DNA of 64,000 nt from Paraspadella gotoi (taxonomy: Eukaryota > Animalia > Chaetognatha). Below are positions 44,217 through 58,403 of the stretch, piece after piece; position 1 is the stretch's first letter; every line of letters starts with the position of its first letter. The notes beneath the pieces are model-generated. The model was given only the letters and a program-made list of their open reading frames with translations, was not told where the DNA came from and ran no database searches. Made by a program: the position numbers and the translations under genes. The stretch lies in contig CM119270.1 in NCBI GenBank assembly GCA_051294375.1, forward strand, positions 16,799,904 to 16,863,903. Direction: 5' to 3'.

Positions 44217-45655
44217 GGATTCAACATCCAAGTCGTTCTTGGAATCTGTCGTCGGCGACGAGGGTTTGGAGTAAGAAGGATCGAAGGATGGCTCGTTGTC
44301 GTTATCGTCCTTGTCGGTCTTGTCGGTCTTGTCGGTCTTGTCGGTCTTGNNNNNNNNNNNNNNNNNNNNNNNNNNNNNNNNNNNNNNNNNNNNNNNNNNN
44401 NNNNNNNNNNNNNNNNNNNNNNNNNNNNNNTCGGGTCTTGGTCGGTTCTCTACGTTATGGACCTCGGGCCCGGGAACCGGTCTCATAAGCAGGAAACGGG
44501 TGTCAATCAAGAGCTCGGCCGACGGTTTCATAGCAACGGGCATCAAGAGTCGCTCTGCCGGAAGTGGCACCACCTGATCGCGTCTCACGCCAGGTTTGAT
44601 GGGCGTGGAAAACGCGACAGAGGTGGTAGAGGGCGCGCCAGCGGTGACGTCGCTGGCTGGGCGTCTCGACTCGGCGGCGCCGGTCGGAGACCCGTCGGTA
44701 GAGGACACCGGCGACGCTTTGCCCCTCAACGGCACGGTCGGCTCGGCGGAGGCGGCGGAGGAGGCCGAGGCGGCGGAGGAGGCCGAGGCGGCGGAGGCGG
44801 CGGCGGCGGCTGCGGCGCAAGCAGCGGCGTAGGTCGCTCGGGCCATCGTCTGAGGAGAGGGAGCTCTGACCGGCGGCGACGGAGCTGACCGGCGAAAGTC
44901 GAGCGCCTTCCGCTTCAGCGACGCCGCAGCCTCGTTCGCCGCCGACGCCTCAGCGCAGCCGGGATCGTGGTTGACGAGATCGCGCTCCGAAGAGAAGAGC
45001 TGACCGCAGCGCCGGCATTCCGGCTTCGTCGGCGCCGGGTAAGGAAAGGACGGCGTAGGGGGGAGGGGCGCCGCTTTGGAAGGGGAAGCGGCGGCGGCGG
45101 CAGCCGCGGCGGCGGCGACAGCCGCGGCGGAGGCTGCGGCGTTGGAGGCGGACTTGAGGGAATAAAGCCACGAGCCGAACTGAGTTTGTTGGATCAAGCG
45201 AATGCACGGCGGGCAATCGAAAGGGCGTGGACATTCTAAGGGGTTGTGGGGAGACCCCTCTGGGCTGCTGTGGTAGGGGGAGGTGCTGTAGAAAGGGAGA
45301 GAGAGAGGGATGGAGGGTGGTTAGTTGATTGATTGAAACAATTGATCAATTGTAATTAGGAAATTGAGTATTTTGAAGAATAAAGTAATAAAGTAATCAT
45401 TTTACTAAGTAAAGTATGTTTAACTTACCGAGAGCTGTCGCTTTCGTTGCTCTCAGGCGACTTTCGGTTTGGCGATGAGAAAGCGGAATTGGCAGAGGCG
45501 CGGATCAGAGACACGCCCACTTCCGGAGATTTGGCCCGATCTAGGGCGGGACGCGCCTGGGTGTGGGCGGGTGAGGGCATGGTTGAGACTGAAGGGGCGG
45601 AGGCGGGAGTGGTGGACGAAGTGGCGGGGGTGATGATGTTGGCGATGTGGAACAT
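43032..45655 (-). CDS. MECOM: Evi1/MECOM/PRDM16/hamlet/egl-43 family C2H2 zinc-finger transcription factor, about 826 aa, two coding exons
   Basis: Exon 45429-45655 (MFHIANII..., in-frame TGA upstream of the ATG, donor CG|GTAAGT) joins exon 43032-45285 (acceptor CTACAG|C) in frame. [57 protein letters not shown] matches Evi1 ZF8-ZF9. Also a CtBP motif PLDLS and a C2HC finger [21 protein letters not shown]. An 81-N gap lies at 44350-44430. The symbol denotes the family (PRDM3/16), not strict orthology. Confidence 0.9.
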
Positions 45656-47094
45656 CCTCGATGAAGGATGTCAATGGGGGGGGCTTGGCGAAAGGGGAAG
45701 AGCGTCTCGAGTGGGCGAGGTGTTTTCGAGAGGCGTGACGAGAGAAAGGCTAAAAGTTTGTTTTTTTTTGTTTTTGTTTTTTGGTGAGTTTTGTGATTCT
45801 GAACGATGAGGTTACGAGAAGTTGGTTTGGAGATTCGTGAAACCAGGAGATTCGTCAATTCGGAAAGTCGGAACTTGGAAATCTGAAAAATATGACAAGA
45901 GAATGAATTACTGATATGGTATGATTTTATAAATAAAAATAACGAAATATTTTCAGGATTAAATTTTTAAAGATTAGATAAATATGGCGTAATTATTATT
46001 GCGGGTTTTTTTTCGTTTTTTTCNNNNNNNNNNNNNNNNNNNNNNNNNNNNNNNNNNNNNNNNNNNNNNNNNNNNNNNNNNNNNNNNNNNNNNNNNNNNN
46101 NNNNNNNNNNNNNNNNNNNNNNNNNNNNNNNNNNNNNNNNNNNNNNNNNNNNNTTTTTTTTTTCTTTCTTTCGCCGCATCGATTCTCAGTTTCCTTTCTT
46201 CCTTCTTCGTTTCCTATATTTTTTTTTTATTTCGATTTTGTCTAATTTTTTCTCCCGTCATTTAAATTCCACATTTTTTTATATAATAAACCCGCAAGAA
46301 AATGAAAAGCCCGCATTTCTGTATTTCATAAATAATTAAATCCGATTCTTAGGTTTAAAAAAAATCTTTATTTTTATTTTTTTTTTTAAGGGAAGCGGCT
46401 CCTCGTTTTGACGGATCGGAATTTCGTTGCCTTTGCGCCTTCCGCCCCGTCATTTCGTTTCGGTCCGGATATTATATTATTTAAATTATTATTAAAAAAA
46501 TTATTATTAAAATTATTCCTTCTCACGCGGAAAGAGATTTATGTTTTGACTCGGGAGCCTCGTAAGCGTCTTTTTCTTCGGTATGACAACAATTTTCTTT
46601 TTCTAGAGAAAAAGTTAAAAAAACCACGATGCGNNNNNNNNNNNNNNNNNNNNNNNNNNNNNNNNNNNNNNNNNNNNNNNNNNNNNNNNNNNNNNNNNNN
46701 NNNNNNNNNNNNNNNNNNNNNNNNNNNNNNNNNNNNNNNNNNNNNNNNNNNNNNNNNNNNNNNNNNNNNNNNNNNNNNNNNNNNNNNNNNNNNNNNNNNN
46801 NNNNNNNNNNNNNNNNNNNNNNNNNNNNNNNNNNNNNNNNNNNNNNNNNNNNNNNNNNNNNNNNNNNNNNNNNNNNNNNNAGTTTCTTTTACTTTTTTTA
46901 TTCGTTTGCGCGAATAAAAATAAGGGGGAAATAATTCGGAAAGTTTCCAAGTTTGACGAACCGACTTCGAAGAATGAGACGAAGGTTCTGATGTCTTGAT
47001 TTTTGGTGTCTCAGCTTTTTTAGGCTTCGTCGTTTCATTGTAAGAATAATCGAAAAGATGGGAGGGGATNNNNNNNNNNNNNNNNNNNNNNNNN

Positions 47095-50000
47095 TTACCA
47101 CTCTCTGCTCGGTGATCGTTAATCTAGCTGACTTATGATTAAGTTAATTGGTCTCGAGCCGGAAATCTAACTTTTCCACCGTTCTCCTTTATGATATAAC
47201 TTTTTTTTAATATAAAAAAAAATTTAACAATAAAAAAAGTGTATTTATTTTTTCAAATTTTCGATGCGATAAAACCTTTTGTTTGCATCTTCGATCTCTT
47301 CCGGTTCAAGGAATCATTAATCAAATTAATTAATTAATCGAATTAAGAAGGATTTGGGTCGCGCAATCCTTAATAACTCATAAGTGATACCCAGATCTTG
47401 TGATGCGCGCCACTTTTGACGGTTAAAACCATTTACTTCTATAGCTCCAGCTGGAAACTACTGAAAATTTTTAAATAAACGACCGGACCTGCCAGAGCCC
47501 AGAGAAGTGGACCCGAAGGAGAGAGAGAGAGAGGATCCAGCTCAGAGACGAGAGAGAGAGAGAAGAGAGTAGAGAGAGATGAGAGTCACCTGAGAGAGCA
47601 CCGAGAGAGAAAGAGCCTAGAGACGAGAGAGAGAGTAACAAGTGGTGACGCCTCTTGTCCAGGCTCGGGCCACTGACGCCTTCCTGAAAGTATAAAAATA
47701 ACTCTCCGACCCTAACAAAGCACCCACCTCTGGGGATATAGGTATCGGGCGCAGTTCTCAGCTGGCCTTTCTATACTCGCTATATAGTAAACAATCGGCT
47801 AATATTATTCTAAATTTAATTTAAATCCCTAAATAACTGGCATCGGTTTTTCTCATGCACCGCTTTCTTCTTTTTTTTTTCCTTAGTCGCTAACGCCAAT
47901 TTATTTTCTGCCTCCTCTGGTCGAGATGTTCTCTCCAGATTTGCTCACTTTTTATTCGAGTAAGAACGGCTGTATCTCACTCTATATCAATCCGCTCCTT
48001 TCGACGTGATTGTCCCTCCGTGATTCGCTTCTATTCTGTCATCTTTAATCAGTTCTATGCCATCACCATGGAGATTTACCCGAATACTTTTTGTAGAACT
48101 CTAAACAGGGTACAATATTCCATGTTTCTGTATACTAATTTCATGCCCCTTCGATATAAAATAATCGGCCGAAACTATTTCATACTTTTCATTTCAAACA
48201 TCATTCTGAAGATTGAAAAATTTTATCTCCTTTTTTTCACGTATGCCTTCTTCTTTCGAAGAGAAAGGTGGTCTTATTTTTCCAACTAAATTCACATTAA
48301 TGGGGAACACCCGCGAACGGAGATGGGGCGGATTCTATTGTTTTTTGTAATTAAATATTTTAACTTTATTAGCTAATATAGCGACATAATGGTACTGTTA
48401 GAGACACAGAGTTACTCTCTCATGATCTTGAGAGTTCCGCTAACCGTTATAATGTATCATATAGCTACCATGCAACTGCAGCACCCGAGTCGAAAATCGA
48501 CGCACGCACGCACTGGGATCCCCTCCCATCTTTTCAAAAGCCGATTTTATCTCAGATGGTTGTTGAGCCGACATCACCAAAAAATTGAAATTCCGATACG
48601 AAGTACAGAATCTCTATTAAAGAAAATGCACGGATAAGAATGCAAATCACAATTCCTCGATTACGTGGGATTCAGAGCCGACCACATAGGACGGCAGGAG
48701 AGTGGAACGGAGAGTACAGAGTGAACTTGGAAAAGAGGCCGAGTAGTGCGTATTGATGTTTCGAGCGATATATTTGAGCAGAGACACATACGATGTAGGA
48801 GGCCATGTCGATCTCTTGATATGGTCCTTCACACCATATTGAAAAGAATTTAATGCCGAGAAGAGCACCTGTGCGCCAAGGTATAGGACCCCGCGCGCAA
48901 TAGTATCCTGCAGCATATTAGATCGTCGAGACTGGGAGAGTTGATCCACGCTCGTTGATCAAATAGATGATTGCTGCCAACGTCGAGGAGGTAGAGGGTT
49001 TGTCGCCTTGCGAGAGACACTCCAAGGAGAGATATCACCCCCAAGGAAGTTGAGGAAAGGCAGGGAAAGGTAAGATGGAAATGATACGGAGGAATGTAAG
49101 GAAGAATGGGACTGGTGAGACAGAGAAATCCACTGGGGGTGAGGGATCGGGGACGGAAGCTGAGAGATCGCACGAGGATGTACGAGAACGGCATGAGCTT
49201 ATTACTTTCAAGTAGTATTGCTTAAATTATACACAGCCTATAGCGTAAATAAGAGACTATGTACAGGACTCTCCTAGTCTCTGCATAGTCTTCGAGTGAG
49301 ACGTAGAAGAGATGAGAGCGATGAGAGAGAGAGAGAGAGAGAGAGACTTCCGTCAAAAAAAGGCGGTGACCGGAGGACTTCCCTATTTTTCCTTCTTTCA
49401 TTTTTTTATGATTTTTTTTTATCCATTCTTATTTATTTATTGTCGAAAAAGCTTAAAAAAGAATCGTACTACGAAACTTTCTATGAGTACAGAAACCAAT
49501 ATTGAAGGAAAAAGAAACAGTGAAAAATGTTAAGTGAGAAGGGATAAAAAAAAAAGTAAAAAAAGGTCAAAAGATTTTCAAAGTTTCTCAAGGAATTTCT
49601 AAAGATTTTTTTTTTCTTGTGAAAAAAAGTCAAACAAAAAAAATGAAAGTGAAAAAGTTTTTACGGAAAAGAAAAAAAATTGAATGAAGACGACGACAAT
49701 GACGATGACGACGACGACGACAATAGCGTCTTGACGACAAAGTGACGTGAATGTACCGACGATTAAGACGACGAGACCAAAAGGTTCCATCCTGGCATCA
49801 ATGTACCTTCGAGAAGAAAAATGATTTCTCAGAGGGAAAGCATTCAAAGTTTTGGGGTCCTTTAAAAGATTTTTTTTTGAAGAAAGTAAAAAAAAAAAAG
49901 TTAAGTCTAAATCGTTCAAAAACGTTCAATCCTGTCTCTGAGGATGGCATAAGATCCAACGGAACCGAAATAATTTGATTTGGATCAGATTCCATGACAA

Positions 50001-51675
50001 TCAGATTCCATCAGAATCTAATTTTAGCTCAAGAGATGCCAAGACTTCTTTTTATCTCTATTCTCCCGATTCCTCTTTTTTATTCTTTCCACTTTTGACT
50101 GTTTGTTTCTACCCTCTTGACTTTTAGATCCGCCCCCCTTCTCTACCTGCCCACGACTGGTTTCCATTGACGGTCGCGGATAAACGATGACGACGACGAC
50201 ACCGTTTATATATAAAAAAATGGAATCAACTTTCAAAAAGTTTTTTTTTTTGTCTCATGCAACAAAAAAAAAAGGATTTTCGATTCATTCCGAAAGATTC
50301 GCTCACAAACAAAAAATAAAAAGGGAAGAGGAGAAAAAAAAGGGGGGAAAAAAGGAGAAAAAAGGAAAAGAAGAAAAGAATCGACCTCGATGCGTCGGAC
50401 AAAAGCGGAGGAAGTCATTCTTTTCTTTTCTTTTCGGTGTCGTCCATCGCCTCTCGAATTCATTCATCGAATTCATTCATAACTCGTTCATCTCTGATCG
50501 GAGAAGAATGAGAGACTTCCCCTTCAGAGTTCAGCTAACGTCGTGAGGACCGGCGCAACGCCAAGAAGCCCTCTCGCTCTCTCTCTCTCTCAATCTTTCG
50601 ATGCTCATAGTGACCCTCTGAAATTCTCATCATTTTTATCTACTCTCACTAAAACAAATTTACTCGCTTCAAACCAGAAAGTTTATATAAAAATAAATGG
50701 TAAAAAGAGAGTTAAAAGACAAAAAATGAAGGGTAGAAAGTACAGCCAACTGACCCCCAAAAAAAGTTCCCTCCCTAAAAAAAAAGTTATTCTCCAGCAT
50801 CCAAATAAAAAAGTGGCGTTCGCAACGAGAAAGAAGATTTAAAGAATCGATGTTGTCGTCGTTTCCGTTGTCCACGTTGTTGTTGTTGTTGTTGTTGTTG
50901 TTGTGAATTTTTTCGTTGTTGCGAAGGACTTTTGAAAATCTGGAGTGACTTCTCGACGCCCAAAGCGACGGGAGGTTGGAAGCTTCCATCCTTCGTCCTC
51001 GTCGCTAACGCTGTTGTTGTTGTTGTCGTTGTTGCTGTGATCATCATGAGCGACTTTCGCGGCGCCCGGGGGTTTTTCGTCTTCGTCATCGTTGTCGTCG
51101 TCATCGTCGTCAACCTTTTTTTTGGCGAATTTTTTGTCCAAGTTTTTTTTTTTTGGGTTGTTGTCCTGTTGTTTTTAAGTCATTTTTTTGTTGAAGTCAC
51201 CGTCTCGTATTTGAATAGCAAGAGTAAAATATAAACATAAGTAACGTTAAATATGATTTAAATGATACAAGAGAAAATGGTGATATCAAAGGACCAGTAT
51301 TGAAGAACTGAGAATGGTCAGAGAGAAAAATCCAGATTCGTTTTCCACCACAAACACAAATCGTCGTTCGATTTCGGTTTTTTTTTTTTTTTAAGATCGA
51401 AGATAAAAAAAATTGAATGAAAAAAAGAAAAAGTTGACAAAAACTGGAAGAATCCGAGAAGAGTCACCTAATATGCGGGCGACGACGACGACGACGACGA
51501 AGAAGAAGAAGAAGAGAGGATGAATTAATTCGCGGTTTTTATTCTTCTTGTTTTTCTTATCGAATTGGAAAGATTTTGTTTTTTTGTTTTAATTTTTCGA
51601 AGCGTGACTGGAGAGAGATCGATTAAAGCAAAGGAGAGTGAGATGGAGACAGTTTATATAGAAGGGGGGAGAGAG

Positions 51676-51744
<69 letters not shown>

Positions 51745-51814
51745 TGAGGGAAAAATTTTGCGCGCGTCCCAAAGACGGAATATGAGGGCAATGGTGGGGA
51801 CGCGACGAGAGGAG

Positions 51815-51882
<68 letters not shown>

Positions 51883-54800
51883 CAGAGAGAGACATTTCAC
51901 AGCAGCCAACGCCAAGAGCAGGGAGTGGTTTTTCGCAATCTTGTATCGTTCGTCTTTAAAATTCGTCACCAAAAGCGTGGTCATCCCTCATTCGGCCTCA
52001 CCAAAAATAAAAAAAAGAAAAAGAAAGAAAAACTTAACAATGAGTAAATAAAGAAGAAAATAGTCAATATTTGGCGATAAACATGAAATCTTATCAGTGA
52101 ATCATTTCAAACAAAAAAGGGATGCGNNNNNNNNNNNNNNNNNNNNNNNNNTTACCACTCTCTGCTCGGTGATCGTTAATCTAGCTGACTTATGATTAAG
52201 TTAATTGGTCTCGAGCCGGAAATCTAACTTTTCCACCGTTCTCCTTTATGATATAACTTTTTTTTAATATAAAAAAAAATTTAACAATAAAAAAAGTGTA
52301 TTTATTTTTTCAAATTTTCGATGCGATAAAACCTTTTGTTTGCATCTTCGATCTCTTCCGGTTCAAGGAATCATTAATCAAATTAATTAATTAATCGAAT
52401 TAAGAAGGATTTGGGTCGCGCAATCCTTAATAACTCATAAGTGATACCCAGATCTTGTGATGCGCGCCACTTTTGACGGTTAAAACCATTTACTTCTATA
52501 GCTCCAGCTGGAAACTACTGAAAATTTTTAAATAAACGACCGGACCTGCCAGAGCCCAGAGAAGTGGACCCGAAGGAGAGAGAGAGAGAGGATCCCAGCC
52601 CTCCAGAGAGAGAGAGAGAGAGAAGAGAGTAGAGAGAGATGAGAGTCACCTGAGAGAGCACCGAGAGAGAAAGAGCCTAGAGACGAGAGAGAGAGTAACA
52701 AGTGGTGACGCCTCTTGTCCAGGCTCGGGCCACTGACGCCTTCCTGAAAGTATAAAAATAACTCTCCGACCCTAACAAAGCACCCACCTCTGGGGATATA
52801 GGTATCGGGCGCAGTTCTCAGCTGGCCTTTCTATACTCGCTATATAGTAAACAATCGGCTAATATTATTCTAAATTTAATTTAAATCCCTAAATAACTGG
52901 CATCGGTTTTTCTCATGCACCGCTTTCTTCTTTTTTTTTTCCTTAGTCGCTAACGCCAATTTATTTTCTGCCTCCTCTGGTCGAGATGTTCTCTCCAGAT
53001 TTGCTCACTTTTTATTCGAGTAAGAACGGCTGTATCTCACTCTATATCAATCCGCTCCTTTCGACGTGATTGTCCCTCCGTGATTCGCTTCTATTCTGTC
53101 ATCTTTAATCAGTTCTATGCCATCACCATGGAGATTTACCCGAATACTTTTTGTAGAACTCTAAACAGGGTACAATATTCCATGTTTCTGTATACTAATT
53201 TCATGCCCCTTCGATATAAAATAATCGGCCGAAACTATTTCATACTTTTCATTTCAAACATCATTCTGAAGATTGAAAAATTTTATCTCCTTTTTTTCAC
53301 GTATGCCTTCTTCTTTCGAAGAGAAAGGTGGTCTTATTTTTCCAACTAAATTCACATTAATGGGGAACACCCGCGAACGGAGATGGGGCGGATTCTATTG
53401 TTTTTTGTAATTAAATATTTTAACTTTATTAGCTAATATAGCGACATAATGGTACTGTTAGAGACACAGAGTTACTCTCTCATGATCTTGAGAGTTCCGC
53501 TAACCGTTATAATGTATCATATAGCTACCATGCAACTGCAGCACCCGAGTCGAAAATCGACGCACGCACGCACTGGGATCCCCTCCCATCTTTTCAAAAG
53601 CCGATTTTATCTCAGATGGTTGTTGAGCCGACATCACCAAAAAATTGAAATTCCGATACGAAGTACAGAATCTCTATTAAAGAAAATGCACGGATAAGAA
53701 TGCAAATCACAATTCCTCGATTACGTGGGATTCAGAGCCGACCACATAGGACGGCAGGAGAGTGGAACGGAGAGTACAGAGTGAACTTGGAAAAGAGGCC
53801 GAGTAGTGCGTATTGATGTTTCGAGCGATATATTTGAGCAGAGACACATACGATGTAGGAGGCCATGTCGATCTCTTGATATGGTCCTTCACACCATATT
53901 GAAAAGAATTTAATGCCGAGAAGAGCACCTGTGCGCCAAGGTATAGGACCCCGCGCGCAATAGTATCCTGCAGCATATTAGATCGTCGAGACTGGGAGAG
54001 TTGATCCACGCTCGTTGATCAAATAGATGATTGCTGCCAACGTCGAGGAGGTAGAGGGTTTGTCGCCTTGCGAGAGACACTCCAAGGAGAGATATCACCC
54101 CCAAGGAAGTTGAGGAAAGGCAGGGAAAGGTAAGATGGAAATGATACGGAGGAATGTAAGGAAGAATGGGACTGGTGAGACAGAGAAATCCACTGGGGGT
54201 GAGGGATCGGGGACGGAAGCTGAGAGATCGCACGAGGATGTACGAGAACGGCATGAGCTTATTACTTTCAAGTAGTATTGCTTAAATTATACACAGCCTA
54301 TAGCGTAAATAAGAGACTATGTACAGGACTCTCCTAGTCTCTGCATAGTCTTCGAGTGAGACGTAGAAGAGATAAGAGGAGCAGAAGAGGAGAGAGTTAG
54401 AAGAAGAGTAGAGAGAGAAGAGAGAGAGAGCTTCCTAGCTCAAAAAAAGGCGGTGACGCGGAGTGACTTCCTATTTTTCCTTCTTTCATTTTTTATGATT
54501 TTTTTATCATTCTATATTTATTCTATTTCGAAAAAAGCTTAAAAAGAATCGTACTACAAACTTTCTATGAGCTACAGAAAAATATTGGAAGGAAAAAGAA
54601 ACAGTGAAAAATGTTAAGTGAAGAAGGGATAAAAAAAAAAGTAAAAAAGGTCAAAGATTTTCAAAGTTTCTCAAGGAATTTCTAAAGATTTTTTTTTTCT
54701 TGTGAAAAAGTCAAACAAAAAAATGCAAAGTGAAAAAGTTTTTACGGAAAAGAAACAAATTGAATGAAGACGACGACAATGACGATGACGACGACGACGG

Positions 54801-57253
54801 ACCAATAGCGTCTTTGACGCACAAAGTGACGTGAATGTACCTGACGATTAAGACGATCGAGACCTACAAGGTTCCATCCTGGCATCAATGGTACCTTCGA
54901 TGAAGAAAAATTGATTTTCTCAGAGGGAAGCATTCCAAAGATTTTGTTGGGTCCTTATAAAGATTTTTTTTTGAAGAAAGTAAAAAAAAAAGTTAAGTTA
55001 AATCGTTCCAAAAACGTTCAATCCCTGTTCTGAGATGGCATACAGATCCAACGGAAACCGAAATAATTTGATTTTGGATCAGATTCCATGACAATCAGAT
55101 TCCACCTCAGATCTAATTTAGCTCAAGAGATTGCCAAGACTTCTTTTTATCTCTGTTCTCCCGATTCCTCTTTTTTTATTCTTTCCACTTTTGACTGTTT
55201 GTTTCTCCCTCTTGACTTTTACAGCATCCGCCCCCCTTCTCTCCCCTCCCAGACTGGTTTCCATTTGACGGTCGCGGATAAACGATGCGACGACGACACC
55301 GCTTATTATATAAAAAAATGGAATCAACTTCAAAACGTTTTTTTTTTTGTCTCAGCAATCATAAAAAAAGGATTTTTCGATTCATCAATCCGAAGATTCG
55401 CTCACAAACAAAAAATAAAAAGGGAATGAGGAAGAAAAAAAAGGGGGAAAAAAGGAGAAAAAAGGAATAAGAAGAAAAGAATCGAACCTCGATGACGTCG
55501 ACAATAAGCGAGGGACGTCGATTCTTTTTCTTTCTTCTTTTCGGTGCGTCCATCGCCTCTCGAATTCATTCATCGAATTATTCTTAACTCTTCATCTCTG
55601 ATCGGAGAAGAATGAGAGACTTCCCTTCAGAGTTTCGGCTAACGTCGTGAGGACCGCGCGCATACGCCAGAAGCCTCTCGCTCTCTCTCTCTCTCAATCT
55701 TTCGATGCTACATAGTGGACCTCTGAAATTCTCATCATTTTTTCTACTCTCACTACAAAACAAATCTCTCACTCGCTTTTTTCCAACCAGAAAAGTTTTT
55801 TTATATAAAAATATAATCGGTAAAAAGAGAGTTAAAAGACATAGAAATGAAGAGAAGTACAGAGCACGACAAAATTCGCTCTACAAGAAAATTTTTTCCC
55901 TATATCCACATAAATATAGTGGCGCTTCTCGCAACGAGAAAGAAGATTTTAAGCGAATCGATGTTGTCGTCGTTATCCGTTGTCACACCGTTGGTTGTTG
56001 TTGTTGTTTTGTTGTTGTTGTGATATTTTTTCGTTGTTGCGAGAGATCTTTTTGAAAATCTGAGTGACTTCTCGATCGCCCAAAGCGACGGGAGGTTGGA
56101 AGCTTCCATCCTTCCGTCCTCTCCGTCAACGCTGTTTGTGTTGTTGTCGTTGTTGCCTGTTGATACAATGACGCGACTTTCGCGGCGCCCGGGGTTTTTC
56201 GTCTTTCGTCATCGTTGTCGTCGTCATCGTCGTCAACCTATTTTTTTGGGCGAATTTTTTGTCCAAGTTTTTTTTTTTTTGGGGTTGTTGTCCTGTCTGT
56301 TTTTAAGTCATTTTTTTGTTGAAGTCACCGTCTCGTATTTGAATATGCAAGAGTAAAATATAAACATAAGTAAGTTAAATATGATTTAAATGATACAAGA
56401 GAAATGGTGATATCAACAGGACCAGTAATTGAAGAACTGAGAATGGTCGAGAGAAAAATCAGATTCGTTTCTCACTCACAAATTCAAAGAAATGATTTTT
56501 TTTCAAAAAAAAAATGTCGTCACTCGATTTAGTTTTTTTTTTTTTTTTAAGATCGAAGATAAAAAAAAATGAATGAAAAAAGAAAAAGTTGACCAAAACT
56601 GGAAGAATCCGAGAAGAGTCACCTAATACTGCGAGGCGACGACGACGACCGGAGAAGAAGAAGAAGAAGAGAGGATGAATTAATTCGCGGTTTTTTCTTC
56701 TTGCTTTTTTCTTATCGATTGGAAGAGATTTTGTTTTTTTGTTTTAATTTTTCGAAGCGTGACTGGAGAGAGATCGATTAAAGCAAAGGAGAGTGAGATG
56801 GAGACAGTTTTAATATAAAGAGAGGGAAGAGAGGGGTTGAATTGATTCAATGGGCTTTAGGCACATAAAGCAAGTTTTTTTAAGTCACGAAGATATCATG
56901 ACTTCAATTACAATTAGTATGACTGTATAATCTCACCACCGATATGGTGATTCTGGTATGAGAATTTAGATTAGAACGTCAAGGATTTCGATAAGAGAAA
57001 GTTTAAAGTCAGTAATGGTATGGCATAAGTGGCAGAGTAGGAGTATGATAGAATTTTGAATAGAAATGCTTTAATGAGCGTCAAATTCACCAGTGATAAT
57101 TGACAGCGCGCAGGAAGATAAAAGGACTAGACTACATATCTAAAGATTTACCATTCAGCGAAGGTATGATTGCAGTTAGTGGTTATATAACAAAAGATTA
57201 GGAGAAGGAGGATAGAATTTCGAAGTCAGCGGATGGACGGCGCAGAGAGTGGG

Positions 57254-57337
<84 letters not shown>

Positions 57338-57560
57338 TTCACAGCAGCAACGCAAGAGCAGGGAGTGTTTTTCGCAATCTTGTATCGTTCGTCTTTAAAA
57401 ATTCGTCACCAAAAGCGTGTCATCCCTCATTCGGCCTCACCAAAAATAAAAAAGAAAAAGAAAGAAAAACTTAACAAGAGTAAATAAGAAGAAATAGTCA
57501 ATATTTGGCGATAACATGAAATCTTATCAGTGAATCATTTCAAACAAAAAAGGGATGCGG
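47095..57560. repeat. About 5-kb direct tandem duplication (47095-52126 vs 52152-~57558), probable assembly artefact
   Basis: Both copies start with TTACCACTCTCTGCTCGG directly after 25-N gaps. The first 2.2 kb is almost identical, and the rest of copy 2 has scattered indels typical of raw long reads. Confidence 0.92.
56830..57130 (-). mobile_element. Noisy or degraded copy of the LINE 3' end seen at 10315-10750
   Basis: GGGCTTTAGGCAC, GTCAGTAATGGTAT, AGTAGGAGTATGA and CCAGTGATAATT occur in the same order as in 10330-10745, with many deletions. Confidence 0.55.
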
Positions 57561-57592
57561 GGGAATGAGATCTTGAGCGATGAGTGTTCTCT

Positions 57593-57631
<39 letters not shown>

Positions 57632-58403
57632 CTCTCTCTTCTACTCTTATCTCTCTCTCTCTCTCTCTATCCTCTCTCTTCTCTCTCTCTCTCTCTCGTA
57701 CTCGATCGACTCGTCAATCGATTATTCCCTAATTTGGCCTCAAAAGGACGGAAGCCGCGAAAATCTGATTCTTCCCTCGTCTTTTCTTGTCTCATCCTTT
57801 TCTAATTACATACGGGCCTTGAGAAATCGTTTTTCTTGGCTCACATCCGGACACAGTTAATTGTCCGTACAGTGATAGTTGTATTAATCGAGCGTGCTAA
57901 AAAATACAAACTCGAGTTCAGGGAAAAATTATCGACAATAAGTTTAATTTTAAAAAAAGCTCGAGTGTATTTGGTCAAAATAATTTTAGTGACGTTTCTA
58001 TTTTGTCAGAACAACTTGATTGACTATTCATTACACTTAATTAACGTTTTAAATTAACATACTGAGGCTTTACCAACTTCTTTTTCATCGTGTTTGTCAT
58101 TGTAAGTAAAGATAAAATAAATCCAGATCTCCCATGTATATTTCTTGGCATACGGGCTTAGACGACCCCCGCTCTCACATTTACCAAACACAAAAAAAAA
58201 TTGATATCCATGTGTCTGTCAATGAAAAAAAACATCCGAACGTCTCCGTCAATCAGAATGTCGCTCCCGATTTCGCCGCAGACGTGAGACGCGTTGTCAT
58301 TAAAGATGTCATTACGGATGTCATTACAGATGTCATTCCGGATGGCCTCTCGTCGGTGTTTCTTAACGAGATTCGTGTCGGAGACCAGTATTTCTTTTAC
58401 ACC

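Noticed and set aside
47900-49200. Weak retroelement-like peptides (LLDVGSNH, RACVDFR, MEYCTLF)
   Set aside because: Short, in different frames and within noisy duplicated sequence. Not enough to call an LTR or LINE element without a profile search.
50787-51234. Asp/Thr/Asn-rich ORFs upstream of the Evi1-like gene
   Set aside because: Trinucleotide-repeat translations with no PR/SET or zinc-finger motifs and no clear splice sites.
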